Notes: generated by a model from the sequence alone, not told the origin. A stretch of 64,000 bases of DNA from Lentisphaeraceae bacterium (GCA_004555175.1 SFJE01000004.1:3909-67908); one strand, 5' to 3'; counted from the stretch's first letter, positions 18,692 to 28,000 are shown. A program made the numbers and translations.

Positions 18692-19697
18692 CGCGGGCCT
18701 CCTCCAGAACGGCGAGGGCGCCGCCGATGGCCGGCCACAGCGCAGCCTCCTCTTCGGCCGAGGCCGGGGTGGCGGTGCGCGGCTTGGCAAAACCGGCGAG
18801 CGGAGTCGGGGCCGCGAGCGTCAGCGCGCTGCCCGAGCGTTCGGCCACGGTGAGCCACAGGGGGGCCAAGTGCGCGGGCACGCCAAAGAGCAACCCGCAG
18901 GTGGGGGCCCCTTCAAAGCGCTGGGCCACATAGTCCACCGCCAGGCCAATCTGCCGGAAGAGCGGCTGGAGGACCGGCTCAAGGAGCGGCAGGGGGTCGA
19001 CCAACTGCTCTTCAATCATGCTCTGCAGCAGCGCCGGTTCGATGCCTAGCCCCGACGCGAGCGCTTGGGTGACGGTCTCGTTGCCAAGGGCTTGCTCGCG
19101 CACCAGCACCGGGCGGTTCTGCTGATAGGCCATCAGGAGCGTACGCTGCGCTTCAACGATGAGCACCACAGCCGTGCCGCCGGCGCGCTCAAACTCCGGC
19201 ACCGCCAAGGGTGCATTCAAGAGCGCGGCCTGGGCCACTTGAATGGAGCAGGCGGTGGGCTGGTGCCCCTCCGGGAGCAAGCGCGAGAGCCAGAGCACCT
19301 GATACTCGGGCAACGAAGCTTCCAGACAGAGATCCGGCGGCATCGCCAACTTCACCGCCTGGCGCTGACCATTGACGGCCTGCGCTTGGGCATCGGCTGC
19401 CGGGGCTTGACGCTGCGTCAGGCGCAGCACCGCCTCCGGCGCGGTGGCCACGAGGGCCGCGTGGGGCGACTGAAAGGGTGGGGGCAGGGACCAGGTGATA
19501 GCCTTGCGAGCGTTCTCCCAATCGGCGGGTAGGGCCCCGGGGAGGTCGATCACGGCGGCGGCGAGGAGTTCGCGCTTGCCGCCCTTGGTCTGCAGCCGCA
19601 CGGCGGCCACCTTCCCTTCGGGCAAGTGCCCGAGGGCGAGGCCGACAACATCGGTGGGTGTGCGGCGCTTGAGGAGGTTGGGTTTTGCCTTGGCCAT
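18684..19697 (-). CDS. PilM-like actin-fold pilus assembly protein (putative)
   Basis: Start MAKAKPNLLKRR at 19697 follows an AGGAAG RBS; upstream track ORF sequence is out of context. ~337 aa cytoplasmic protein at the pilM position, directly upstream of PilN/O/P/secretin. Confidence 0.55.
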   Translation of the reverse strand: MAKAKPNLLKRRTPTDVVGLALGHLPEGKVAAVRLQTKGGKRELLAAAVIDLPGALPADWENARKAITWSLPPPFQSPHAALVATAPEAVLRLTQRQAPAADAQAQAVNGQRQAVKLAMPPDLCLEASLPEYQVLWLSRLLPEGHQPTACSIQVAQAALLNAPLAVPEFERAGGTAVVLIVEAQRTLLMAYQQNRPVLVREQALGNETVTQALASGLGIEPALLQSMIEEQLVDPLPLLEPVLQPLFRQIGLAVDYVAQRFEGAPTCGLLFGVPAHLAPLWLTVAERSGSALTLAAPTPLAGFAKPRTATPASAEEEAALWPAIGGALAVLEEARDE

Positions 19698-19701
19698 TGC
19701 G

Positions 19702-22212
19702 TTACTTCCTTGCCGAGGTGGGCGAGAGGCGCACGCCAAAGACCTTGTAGGTCTTGCCGCCGTGGACGTTGCGGAAGGGGGCCGAGGTGATGAGCCCATT
19801 GCGGTAGGGCGTGCCCGGCGGGATTTCGGCCAAGACGGCCCACTGCGGGGCGCTGGCATCGGGCTTGGCGAGGATTTGGATGTAGCCATTGGGCGCGGCA
19901 CCGAGCGTGCCCATGCCATCGAAGGGCTCGACCATCACCGTGGCCTCAATGCGGTTATTACCCACGCGCCGCACCTCAGCCACGCCGAAGTTGCAGAGAT
20001 ACTGGGCCGAGATGGCTCCCCCAATCAGCGAAGCCTGCGGCCGCAGATTAAGCAGATAGGCCACATTGACCGCCTGTCCGGCATCCATCTCCGGCGTTTC
20101 GGAGGTGGAGCCCTCGAGGGTCAGGCGCAAATCGCCAGCGGCGGAGCGCCCGCGCAAGGCGGCGGCCGTTACGAAGCTGAGTGCTTCGGGGCTCGGCTTG
20201 ACGGTGGCCTCGGAGCCATCGGGGTTGAGGAGCTTGATGTTGAGGTTGCCCATCGCCACGGCATAGGGCACATTGAGCGAGAGGGTGTTGCCCTCCAGCA
20301 CCAGCTCGCAGCCCTCGGGAATATCAGAGCCCATTAAGAAGTCATCGTCCGAGAGGGTGTCCGAGCAGACCTGCCAGGTGAGGATGGGGTTCTTGCCGCC
20401 CTTCATCCCGGTGGGATTGCCGGTAATAATGAGGCTCGAGCCGTGCTGCATTGCCAAGAGCGAGAGGCTTGTCACCTTCCCCGGGGCAATCTCCAACTGT
20501 GCGCCATCCAAGAAGATGCAGCTGCCAGTCACCTTCCCGCCGCCGGCGAGCGTGCCGCCCTTGGCCACAATCAGGTTGCCCGTGCTGCGGATGGTCTGGG
20601 CCTTCAACACCGCATCGCCCTCAATCTGGAGCGACTGCAGCGGCGCAATCGTCAGCTCTTGGGCCTGATGGAGACCATTGGTCAGGCGCACCGGCGCCTG
20701 CACCGTGAAGTTCCGGGAGAAGCTGCCGCCGCTCATCTCCACATTGCCGCCATTGACCAGCAGATCTAGCGGCTTGTTTGGAGAACCCAGCGTGGCGTCC
20801 ACCTTTAGCCCCGAGAGGTGCGGCACCACCCACTTCGTCTGCCCGGTGGGGTCAGCCGTCCGCCCGAGGGTGAGCAAGGGGGCCTCCTGCTGGGTCCAGA
20901 TGCGCCCAGCCACCGTGCCAGTGGCGGCCAGCGTGGTGGGACCGGTCATCTCGATGGCGCTCTCGAGCGTGGCACCAGACTCAATGCGCAGGGCGCCAAA
21001 GCCCTCGCGGTTCAGCTCGCCGCCGCCACTTACGCCAATTTGCGGCGCATCAAAGGCGCCCTGGCCCACCACATAGAGCTGCACGCCCGGGGAGAGAACC
21101 AGCCGCGCCTCGGGGCCGAGCAAAAGCCCGTTGCTGCGTAGCTTCTTCCCGGCGCCTTGGCGCGTGGCATCATCCACCACCACCACCTCGCCCTCAAAGG
21201 TCTGCGCGTTGAGCGTGACCGTAAGGTCAGAGAAGGGGCAGCTAATCTCGATGCGCCCGTGGCCATCAATGGTCAGCGGCTTGGGGTTCCCTGCCTGCGC
21301 CGGCTGAATCCGCAAGGTGCCGCCCTTGAGCGTATGCTGCCACTCCGGGAGCGGCCCCTGCTTGGGCGCCAAGACGCACGAGCCATCAGGAGCGGCTGCC
21401 GGGAGCTCTACGGAAGGCTTTGCCTTCGCCGGTTCGGCCTCCCGCTCGGCCACAGTGGCCTTCACCACCGGCTTGCCTGCCGGCGGGGTTGCGGAAGTTC
21501 CAGACCAGGCGCAGACCTCATCCAGCCGCTCGTAGAGCCCCGGTTTGACGCCCGAGGCTGCGCCGTCACCGTCGCGCCCCGTACCGAGCACCAATTCTGT
21601 CAGCCTGTCATCGGGTCCGTGCTCGGCCGGGACCTTAAGCCGCTCGACTTCGGTGCCGTCAACAAACAGCACGAAGCTCTCATCCATGTAACAAAGGCGA
21701 ATATCGTACCACTGCTCGAGCTCGAGCTTGTTCTTCTCGTGCCAACGGGTCATCCCCTGCACGAGGTTCTGGCCGGCGTTGCGAAAGAGGGCCATCGTGA
21801 TGGGGTTGTTGCTCTTGGGCTCGGCCACCTGCTCGAGGCGGTAGTTGTGCTTGCCAAAGCGAAACCCAAGGATTGGGCGCCAACGCATCCGGCTGCGCGG
21901 CCGCAGACGGAAGGCAATCGTCCACCCCTCCTTCGCCCGCAGCCCTTCAATGCCACTAACCACCCCATAGCGCGTTCCCTGCGCGTTGGAAAAGACCTCT
22001 AGCGCGCTCACCCCCAGTTCATCCATCGAAGGCTTGACCGCCTTCCCCGCCTGCGGACCTTGCAGGACGAAGCTGAGCTTCGGCTTGCCAGACTCCGAGA
22101 CCACCTGATCCACTGCCCCTGGATTGAATGAACATCGCACAGCCACTTCGGCCGGCAGCAACCCTGCCAGCCCCACGGCCAACGCTAAGAAAATCTGTTG
22201 GTCAATCTGCAT
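19702..22212 (-). CDS. large secreted protein (836 aa) with N-terminal LamG/concanavalin-like region and Gly/Thr-rich beta-helix-like repeats; first gene of the pilM-secretin operon
   Basis: Signal peptide MQIDQQIFLALAVGLAGLLPAEVA. A WTIAFRLRP...LCYMDESFVLFVDGTEVERL LamG-like block. Long G/T/L-rich repeats (GGTLAGGGKVTGS). Ends 5 nt before the PilM-like start. Confidence 0.6.
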   Translation of the reverse strand: MQIDQQIFLALAVGLAGLLPAEVAVRCSFNPGAVDQVVSESGKPKLSFVLQGPQAGKAVKPSMDELGVSALEVFSNAQGTRYGVVSGIEGLRAKEGWTIAFRLRPRSRMRWRPILGFRFGKHNYRLEQVAEPKSNNPITMALFRNAGQNLVQGMTRWHEKNKLELEQWYDIRLCYMDESFVLFVDGTEVERLKVPAEHGPDDRLTELVLGTGRDGDGAASGVKPGLYERLDEVCAWSGTSATPPAGKPVVKATVAEREAEPAKAKPSVELPAAAPDGSCVLAPKQGPLPEWQHTLKGGTLRIQPAQAGNPKPLTIDGHGRIEISCPFSDLTVTLNAQTFEGEVVVVDDATRQGAGKKLRSNGLLLGPEARLVLSPGVQLYVVGQGAFDAPQIGVSGGGELNREGFGALRIESGATLESAIEMTGPTTLAATGTVAGRIWTQQEAPLLTLGRTADPTGQTKWVVPHLSGLKVDATLGSPNKPLDLLVNGGNVEMSGGSFSRNFTVQAPVRLTNGLHQAQELTIAPLQSLQIEGDAVLKAQTIRSTGNLIVAKGGTLAGGGKVTGSCIFLDGAQLEIAPGKVTSLSLLAMQHGSSLIITGNPTGMKGGKNPILTWQVCSDTLSDDDFLMGSDIPEGCELVLEGNTLSLNVPYAVAMGNLNIKLLNPDGSEATVKPSPEALSFVTAAALRGRSAAGDLRLTLEGSTSETPEMDAGQAVNVAYLLNLRPQASLIGGAISAQYLCNFGVAEVRRVGNNRIEATVMVEPFDGMGTLGAAPNGYIQILAKPDASAPQWAVLAEIPPGTPYRNGLITSAPFRNVHGGKTYKVFGVRLSPTSARK

Positions 22213-22236
22213 ACTATTGAACTCCTTGCGTTTCTA

Positions 22237-22252
22237 TGCAAACTTCGTGCCA
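22237..22252 (-). promoter_or_regulatory. sigma-54 (RpoN) promoter, -24/-12 elements TGGCACG-aagt-TTGCA, upstream of the 19702-22212 operon
   Basis: Reverse complement of 22231-22260 reads gcgcggtTTGGCACGAAGTTTGCAtagaaa, an exact match to consensus TGGCACG-N4-TTGCW. An AGGAG RBS and ATG at 22212 lie ~20 nt downstream. Confidence 0.8.
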
Positions 22253-22261
22253 AACCGCGCA

Positions 22262-22416
22262 CCTACGGTGCTTGGTTAGCGGACAGCCGACAGCGGACAG
22301 CTGACAGCGCTGGCGCTCGATGTGCAAAACCCGTCTGAGCCGTGAGCGCAACACGATAGGCCGGCGGTTTGTCCGTCGCGTTAGCGGCTGTCCGCTGTCG
22401 GCTGTCCGCTGTCCGC
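22262..22416. repeat. ~150-bp composite element: 4x CNGACAG heptamers, conserved core, 4x CTGTCNG heptamers (inverted); copy A
   Basis: Left arm cggacagccgacagcggacagctgacag (22280-22307). Right arm ctgtccgctgtcggctgtccgctgtccg (22388-22415). Core blocks cagcgctggcgctcga, cccgtctgagccgtga and tccgtcgcgttagcggctgtc are shared with copy B at 31861-32000. Confidence 0.8.
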
Positions 22417-23237
22417 TAGAGGTTAAAAAGGCTATCCTCAAAGCCGCCGTCGTCGGAGGGGGTGGCGGGGGGATCGGCGGTGGGCTCGAGGGCGTGGGCC
22501 ACCGCTTCGCTCAGCCCATCGATGGGGGCGATGGGGGAATCTTGCTCAAAGAGCGAGACAATCTCATCGGCGTGGTTGGCCGTCTTGCGATACTGCTCGG
22601 TGGCGTAGTGGCGCTTCTCGTTGAGCTTTTGGAGGAGATCGCGGATTTCGATGGCCGCCTCGTAGCACATCTCGGTCATCTCCTTGCGCCCGGCCTCGTC
22701 CACCAGATTTAGGCGCATCATCTCCACGCTACTCATCAGCACGGTCATCGGCTGACCAATCGCATGGCAGATGGTGCCAAAGCTCTCCATCATCACGCGC
22801 TGACGCTCCCGCTCGCGCTCCAGGCGCACATCCTGCCACATTGCCGCCGCATCGCGCAAGACAATGACCGCCCAGCGTGGCGGCTGCCCCTGCGCGCCCA
22901 TCTCTTTGGGGGTGGCATTGACTTCCAGCGTCACCTTGGGCTGGGTGAGCTCGGCGGGTTTGGGCGCCTGCCACAACTTCCCGGCGCGCAAGGCTTCCAT
23001 CATCGGCGCAATCCACGCCGGGTTTGGGAACCAGCGCGTGAGCGGCGCCCCCACCGGCAGGCCCCCCTCTGGCTGCGGAAAGAGTTCGCGCCAGACGCTA
23101 TTGGCGTAGAGCAATGGCCCCTCCGGGCTCGTTAATTCGATTACGCAGACGGCCACATTTGCGCGTTCAAGCCCCACATCGAGCATCTCATAGTAGGTTG
23201 CCGGCGGCTTGGGCCGGTCAAATCCAAAGGACATCAT
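22416..23237 (-). CDS. PAS-like + HisKA-like domain protein lacking an HATPase_c domain
   Basis: 273 aa. RERERQRVMMESFGTICHAIGQPMTVLMSSVEMMRL resembles a histidine-kinase H-box dimerisation domain. No N/G1/G2 ATP-binding boxes follow; the C-terminus is an acidic tail. Confidence 0.5.
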   Translation of the reverse strand: MMSFGFDRPKPPATYYEMLDVGLERANVAVCVIELTSPEGPLLYANSVWRELFPQPEGGLPVGAPLTRWFPNPAWIAPMMEALRAGKLWQAPKPAELTQPKVTLEVNATPKEMGAQGQPPRWAVIVLRDAAAMWQDVRLERERERQRVMMESFGTICHAIGQPMTVLMSSVEMMRLNLVDEAGRKEMTEMCYEAAIEIRDLLQKLNEKRHYATEQYRKTANHADEIVSLFEQDSPIAPIDGLSEAVAHALEPTADPPATPSDDGGFEDSLFNL

Positions 23238-23722
23238 ACCCCTTCCTCCTCGTCAACTTCAAGCCATACTTCGTCTAATGTTTCTTCTTCTTCTTCGGCG
23301 GCGGCTTCAGCCGCCTGCGCTTCGGCCAACTCCCGAGCCTGCTGCGCCTCCAACTGCCGGTAGAGTTCTAGGGCAACTGGCCGCTCTCGCGGTAAATCCC
23401 CTTGGTCACTTACCAGCGAGCAGGTTACCGGCCGCCCGGGGTCCCCGAGCGTATAGACCCCACCATTGGGGCATGGGGGCAATTGCCCCGCGTGCAAGAG
23501 CCGCGAGAGGGCATCGTCTCCAAACATCTCCGCCTGTCGCTTGGCCATCGAGAGCTCCCAGCGCTTCATCACGCACCGCTCCCGCGCCTCTTCCGTCCGA
23601 ATCCGGCCGGCCTGCTCCCAACTCCAATAGCCCCCCAACGCCCCCATCACCCCGATAAAAGAAAGCGGCAGCCACCAAGTCCGCGGCCAAATCTGCTGCG
23701 TCTGTGCTGCCGTTTCGGACAT
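23234..23722 (-). CDS. hypothetical small membrane-anchored protein with acidic C-terminus
   Basis: 162 aa with one N-terminal TM (WWLPLSFIGVMGALGGYW) and C-terminal EEEEETLDEVWLEVDEEEGV. Stop overlaps the downstream start (ATGA). Confidence 0.45.
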   Translation of the reverse strand: MSETAAQTQQIWPRTWWLPLSFIGVMGALGGYWSWEQAGRIRTEEARERCVMKRWELSMAKRQAEMFGDDALSRLLHAGQLPPCPNGGVYTLGDPGRPVTCSLVSDQGDLPRERPVALELYRQLEAQQARELAEAQAAEAAAEEEEETLDEVWLEVDEEEGV

Positions 23723-23737
23723 TGCTGCCCCTTCCGA

Positions 23738-23772
23738 AAGTTAAAAGGGCGACCTTCACGCGAAGGTCGCCC
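23738..23772 (-). terminator. rho-independent terminator downstream of the pilin gene
   Basis: Perfect 11-bp stem gggcgaccttc/gaaggtcgccc with 4-nt loop. On the minus strand it is followed by CTTTTAACTTT. Lies ~30 nt after the pilin stop. Confidence 0.75.
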
Positions 23773-23799
23773 CTTCCCAAAGGAGTTCAATCGGGAAGA

Positions 23800-24156
23800 T
23801 TAGTTGGTCGCATCTTCAGGGAGGACGTGGCCCTTCGGACATGAGGTCTTATAGCGGCCGGTGCCATCATCGGCTGGCATCGTATAGGAGCTGTTAGCGT
23901 CAGACGGGCATCTCATCTTGCTGATGGAGATCTTAAGATACTGATTCAGGTGGGTAGCGTCCACGGCTTCCCCATTAATCAAGCACTGCTCAGCAGCGGC
24001 TTCAATCTGCTTCATATTGGCAATGCAGGCGTTCTTCTGGGAGGTCTGCCTAGAGCGGACGAAGTTCGGGACGGCGATGGCGGCGAGGATGCCGATGATC
24101 GCGACCACGATCATAATTTCAACGAGCGTGAAGCCCTGCTTCAACTGCTTATTCAT
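23800..24156 (-). CDS. type IVa major pilin (PilA-like; prepilin with short leader and C-terminal disulfide loop)
   Basis: True start MNKQLKQ|GFTLVEIMIVVAIIGILAAIAVPNF is a classic class III signal with a 7-aa leader. Mature length ~111 aa. Two C-terminal Cys (CPSDANSSYTMPADDGTGRYKTSCP). The ORF in the track extends upstream to 24342 through out-of-context sequence. Confidence 0.85.
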   Translation of the reverse strand: MNKQLKQGFTLVEIMIVVAIIGILAAIAVPNFVRSRQTSQKNACIANMKQIEAAAEQCLINGEAVDATHLNQYLKISISKMRCPSDANSSYTMPADDGTGRYKTSCPKGHVLPEDATN

Positions 24157-24230
24157 TGTGCGAGTACCTTTCTGTACGGTAGCGTGACTATCGAACTGAC
24201 TTGGCACACGCCAAGCTGTCTTTCCTCCTT

Positions 24231-24246
24231 TGCAATGGGCGTGCCA
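24231..24246 (-). promoter_or_regulatory. sigma-54 promoter TGGCACG-ccca-TTGCA driving the pilin gene
   Basis: Reverse complement of 24226-24250 reads gatTTGGCACGCCCATTGCAaaggag. An AT-rich tract (24250-24350, candidate IHF bend) and palindromic repeats (24378-24457) lie upstream, as in enhancer-dependent promoters. Confidence 0.8.
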
Positions 24247-24377
24247 AATCAGGAAGGGCGGGAACTTTTTTGCGCTTCGCTCAAAAGCAGTCTCCCGATT
24301 TCTCATTCCTGTAAAGAGGTTTCTTAGTTTTAAGAATGGCAATTCTCGGGAATGAGAAAAATCCCTTCTCGAAATGG

Positions 24378-24457
24378 CCCAGGGCCTACCCCACCTCGAG
24401 GTAGGGCCTGGGTCACCTTGAGGTAGGGCCTACCCCGCCTCGAGGTAGGGCCTGGGG
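24378..24457. repeat. nested palindromes of the CCTACCTCGAGGTAGG family (candidate UAS / REP-like element)
   Basis: cccagggcctaccccacctcgaggtagggcctggg forms a ~16-bp stem. It is followed by ttgaggtagggcctaccccgcctcgaggtagggcctggg. Confidence 0.8.
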
Positions 24458-24464
24458 GAGGGGG

Positions 24465-24654
24465 GGAAGGGCGCGGCCATTGAAGTGGCCGGGGGTTTTG
24501 AGCCAGGCGCTCGCTTCGCTCGCTGCGCGGCAAATATGCCGCGCCACGGAACCGTTAACGGCAGGAGGAGGGCTGGCCTTTCGGTAAGGGGCTTCCGAGC
24601 CGGGCGGGCGGAGGCCAGGGCGCGGCCATTGGAGCGGCCGGGGGGCTTGAGCCA
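24465..24654. repeat. ~40-bp direct repeat pair (gggcgcggccattgRagYggccggggg..ttgagcca) in G-rich non-coding region
   Basis: Copies at 24465-24505 and 24615-24654 in an ~870-bp stretch with no credible ORF. Track ORFs there are P/R/A-rich frame artefacts. Confidence 0.6.
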
Positions 24655-25029
24655 CCGCGGCCAGGGGCAGGAGAACCGGCGGCACCCAGAGGGCCACCGG
24701 CGGGCCCAAGGCGACGGAAAGGTCCCGAAGCAGCCCCTGGGTCGCGGGGACGCGGCCCCTCAGAACGGGCAAAGCAAAAGGCCCCCCTGCGCCCCGCGCC
24801 GCCGAGCCGCGCTTGGGGCTTGGGGGCGGAGCCCCCAAACGGCCCTTGCTGGGAGGCGCGGCAGCGCATCCCTGCTGCGGAGGCAAGGCGTACCAGGGGG
24901 GTGAACGGTGAACAGAAAGCGGAGGTGCCCGCAGGGCGCCTCTGCCGGGGTGGAGCGCACTGCGCTCCCGAGGTGCAGGGCGAGGAGCCCTGCCTTGGGG
25001 TGCGGGGGCGAGTAGCCCCCGGGTGCCTT

Positions 25030-28000
25030 TCACGCGAGCAGGCAGCAAGCGATGGCGTGACCGAAGAGGATGGAGGTTTTGATGGGGATGAGCTTCCCGC
25101 GCAGGTGGGGGAAGTTATCGGCCCACGCGCCGAGGAGTTCCATCTGGAGCATGCCAGTGGCGGCTTCGGAGGAGCGAATCCGGAGGTCGGTGGGGGCGAA
25201 GCGGATGCCGGTGCCGAGGGCCTTGGAGATAGCCTCCTTGGCGCACCAGAAGCGGAGGATGGCGGTGGGTCCGTCGCCGCTCTTGGTAGCGAGCTCCTGC
25301 TCCTCGAGGGTGAAGACACCGCGGAGGAAGTCCTCGGTGAGGTCGCGATCGACCGATTCGACGTCGAGGCCGATATGGCCGTGGAGGACGCTTGCGCCGA
25401 GGATGAGGCCGGCGGTGTGGGCGATGGTGAGGTCGAGCGGGGCCGAGACCTGGCTCTGCCATTCGCCGACGGGGTGGGGCTTGCCGAGGGCATCCTTCCA
25501 GATAGCGATGTCGGCGGCCGGTTCGTAGAGGTTGAAGTTCTGGAGGAGGAGGCGGCGGACCGACTCCTTGGCGGCGGTTCGGCCGAGGAGCCATTCGAGG
25601 CGGCGGTGGGCGGTACCGCCCATCTGGGCGAAGTTCTCGCGCTCGTTGTGGGTGAGGACGGCGGCGGCGAGGGCCTTGAGCCAGAGCTCCTGGTTGGAGA
25701 CGAAGAAGTCGGGCGCGTCGTTGACGTAGAGGGCGCCGACGACCTCGGCGGTGGGGTCGGGTAAGAGGGTGGCAGGGAGAGGCTGGGTGATGAAGAACTT
25801 GGCCGGGTTCATCACGAAGTCGCGCAAGGCGCGTCCGGCGCGGCCGCTCATCTCCTCCCAGGCCTCGATGGCAAGGATGGGGTGACCGGCGGTGTCGGTG
25901 ACCTGGATGTCGACCTGGAAGGAACGTGGGGTGACGTTGACCAGGCGCAGAGCGCAGCGCAGGCGGGTGCCCTCGGGGACCCAGACGGCGTAGTAGCGGA
26001 TGGATTGGCAGCGGAAGGGGAGGGAGATGGCGCCGTGGAAGCGCTCGTGCGAACGCCAGAGGGGGAAGCCGGAGACCACCGCGTCGAGCAAGAGGGGCAT
26101 GGCGGTGAAGAGGGGGTTGCGGCTGGCGCGGACGGTGGCCGAGCGCGAGGGGATGCGCAGCTCGTAATCGAGGCCGTTGTAGCCCCAGCCCGAGACATGG
26201 CGGACGTTGCGCAGGAGGGGACCCTGGAAGAGGCGGCCGGGGTAGATTTCGCGCGCGTCCCAGTTCACCTGCTTGGGGGCGACGAGGGGCTGGAGTTCGC
26301 CTGCCTCCGGGGCCTCGGGCACGGCCGGGGCAAAGGTGAAGAGCGCCTCCATCACGGGGTGGACCGCTTCGCCCTCGCTTGCGTCGGTACTTAGGCGGAC
26401 GCGGAGGGTAGTCTGGCCTTCGAGCTCGGTGGGCGCGTCGTGGGAGAGGGCGACGCTGATACGCAGGTCGATTTGGCCAAAGTCGAAGGAGAGCCAACGC
26501 GGGGCGCGCAGGTGGGTGATGGCGCAGAGGACGGGGTTGCCCGAACGGCCGGAGGCCGAGGCGAGGAGGAGGCGCTGGGCGGCCTCGGCCATCACCTCCA
26601 GGCCGGTGGGCACGGAGAAGAGGGTCAGGCCGCGCATCTGCGGATCGCTGAGCGAGACGCCCGAGGTGCCGATGGCGTAGTCATTCAGGAAGGGGAAGTC
26701 CTCCAGACGCAGCGAGCAGCGCAGCTCCAGGCGCTCGGCGGTGCGCTCGAGCTCTTGGGCGGTGCGCAGGAGGGGGCCGACGAGGCCGGTGGCGGGGAAG
26801 TTGGAGGGCAGGGCGTGAGCGTGGGTGGCCTGGGTGGCCTCCTCGGCCAAGGCGTTCTCCATCCCGAGGATGCGGTGGGCATCGATGAGTTCGGGGCGGA
26901 TGGCCGGGAGCTCGCGGGTCAGGCGCAGGGTGAGGGTCTCGCTCTCGCCCTCGGCCAAGGGCGTATCGAAGTCCAGCCGCTGGGCGTGGGCGAAGAAGCG
27001 TAGGCCCGAGTAGTCAATCGGCACGCCGTGGGCAGCCAGGAGGCCGGCGGCTTGGCCCACCTGCACGCCACCCGAGCGGTGGAGGATGTGCATCGGGATG
27101 GTGGCAATCGGCTCCTCGCGGCCGGCCAAAATCTTGGCAATGAGCGGCGAGAGGAGGCCGCGGGCACCCACTTCTACAAAGAGGCGGCAGCCGCTCGCGT
27201 ACATTGCCTCGATCATTTGGCGGAAGTGGAGCGGCTCGGCCATTTGGTCGACGAGCGCGCTGACGACCGAGGAGGTGGAGTGACCCATCGGCTGGGCGGT
27301 CACGGCGGAGAAGAAGGTGACCTGCGGCTCGCAGGTGACATATTTGGAGAAGAAGCGCTCGAAGATTTGGCGCAGGCGGATGTCGCGCGCGCCGGTGTTG
27401 AAGGGGGCGAGGAGCGGTTCGGCCACGGAGAGGCCGCCGCCTTCGGCGATGGCGGCTTCCACGGTGGCCCGGTAATCGGGCGCCACGGCCAGGACGCAAT
27501 CGTCGGCGGTCAACTCCTGGGCCACCACCAGTTGCCCATTCGAGGTGGCGGCGAGCGCGCGCAGCTTCTCCACGGCAAAGCCCGAGACGGTCAGTTGCAG
27601 CCAAGGCGTGGCAGTTTCGGTGCCCAGGCGCAGGAGCATCTTGCCGGCATCGCGCAGAATCTGCACCAGGCGCAGCTTGGGATCGTGGTGCGTGGCGTGG
27701 AAGGCCGAGAAGGCGCCGAGCCCCACGCCGCCCACGGCCGCCGGTTGGACGCCTACGCCGCGGAGGAAGTCGGCAAAGACCTTACTGGCGAGGTAGGTGG
27801 AGGCGGAGGCGAGGAGGGGGAGGAAGTCGCGCGAGGCACTGAGGGGGAGGGTGTGCTCGGGGGCGGTGGAGAAGAGCCACTCGGAGGGGGAGGCCACATC
27901 GCAGAAGCCGGCGAAGGCCTCCTCCATATCGTCGAAGCGCTCGCGCACGCCATCGAAGGTAAGGGCTAGGTCGCGCATCATCTCCAGATGGAAGGAGCCG

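Noticed and set aside
22214-22441. 75-aa minus-strand ORF overlapping the composite repeat element
   Set aside because: Encoded entirely by the heptamer-repeat element and sigma-54 promoter region. R-rich. No RBS.
24413-25493. Minus-strand ORFs of 211 and 312 aa (and 25115-26497, 460 aa)
   Set aside because: Pro/Arg/Ala/Ser-rich translations lacking any motif. They lie in a G-rich non-coding region or out of frame within the PKS-like gene.
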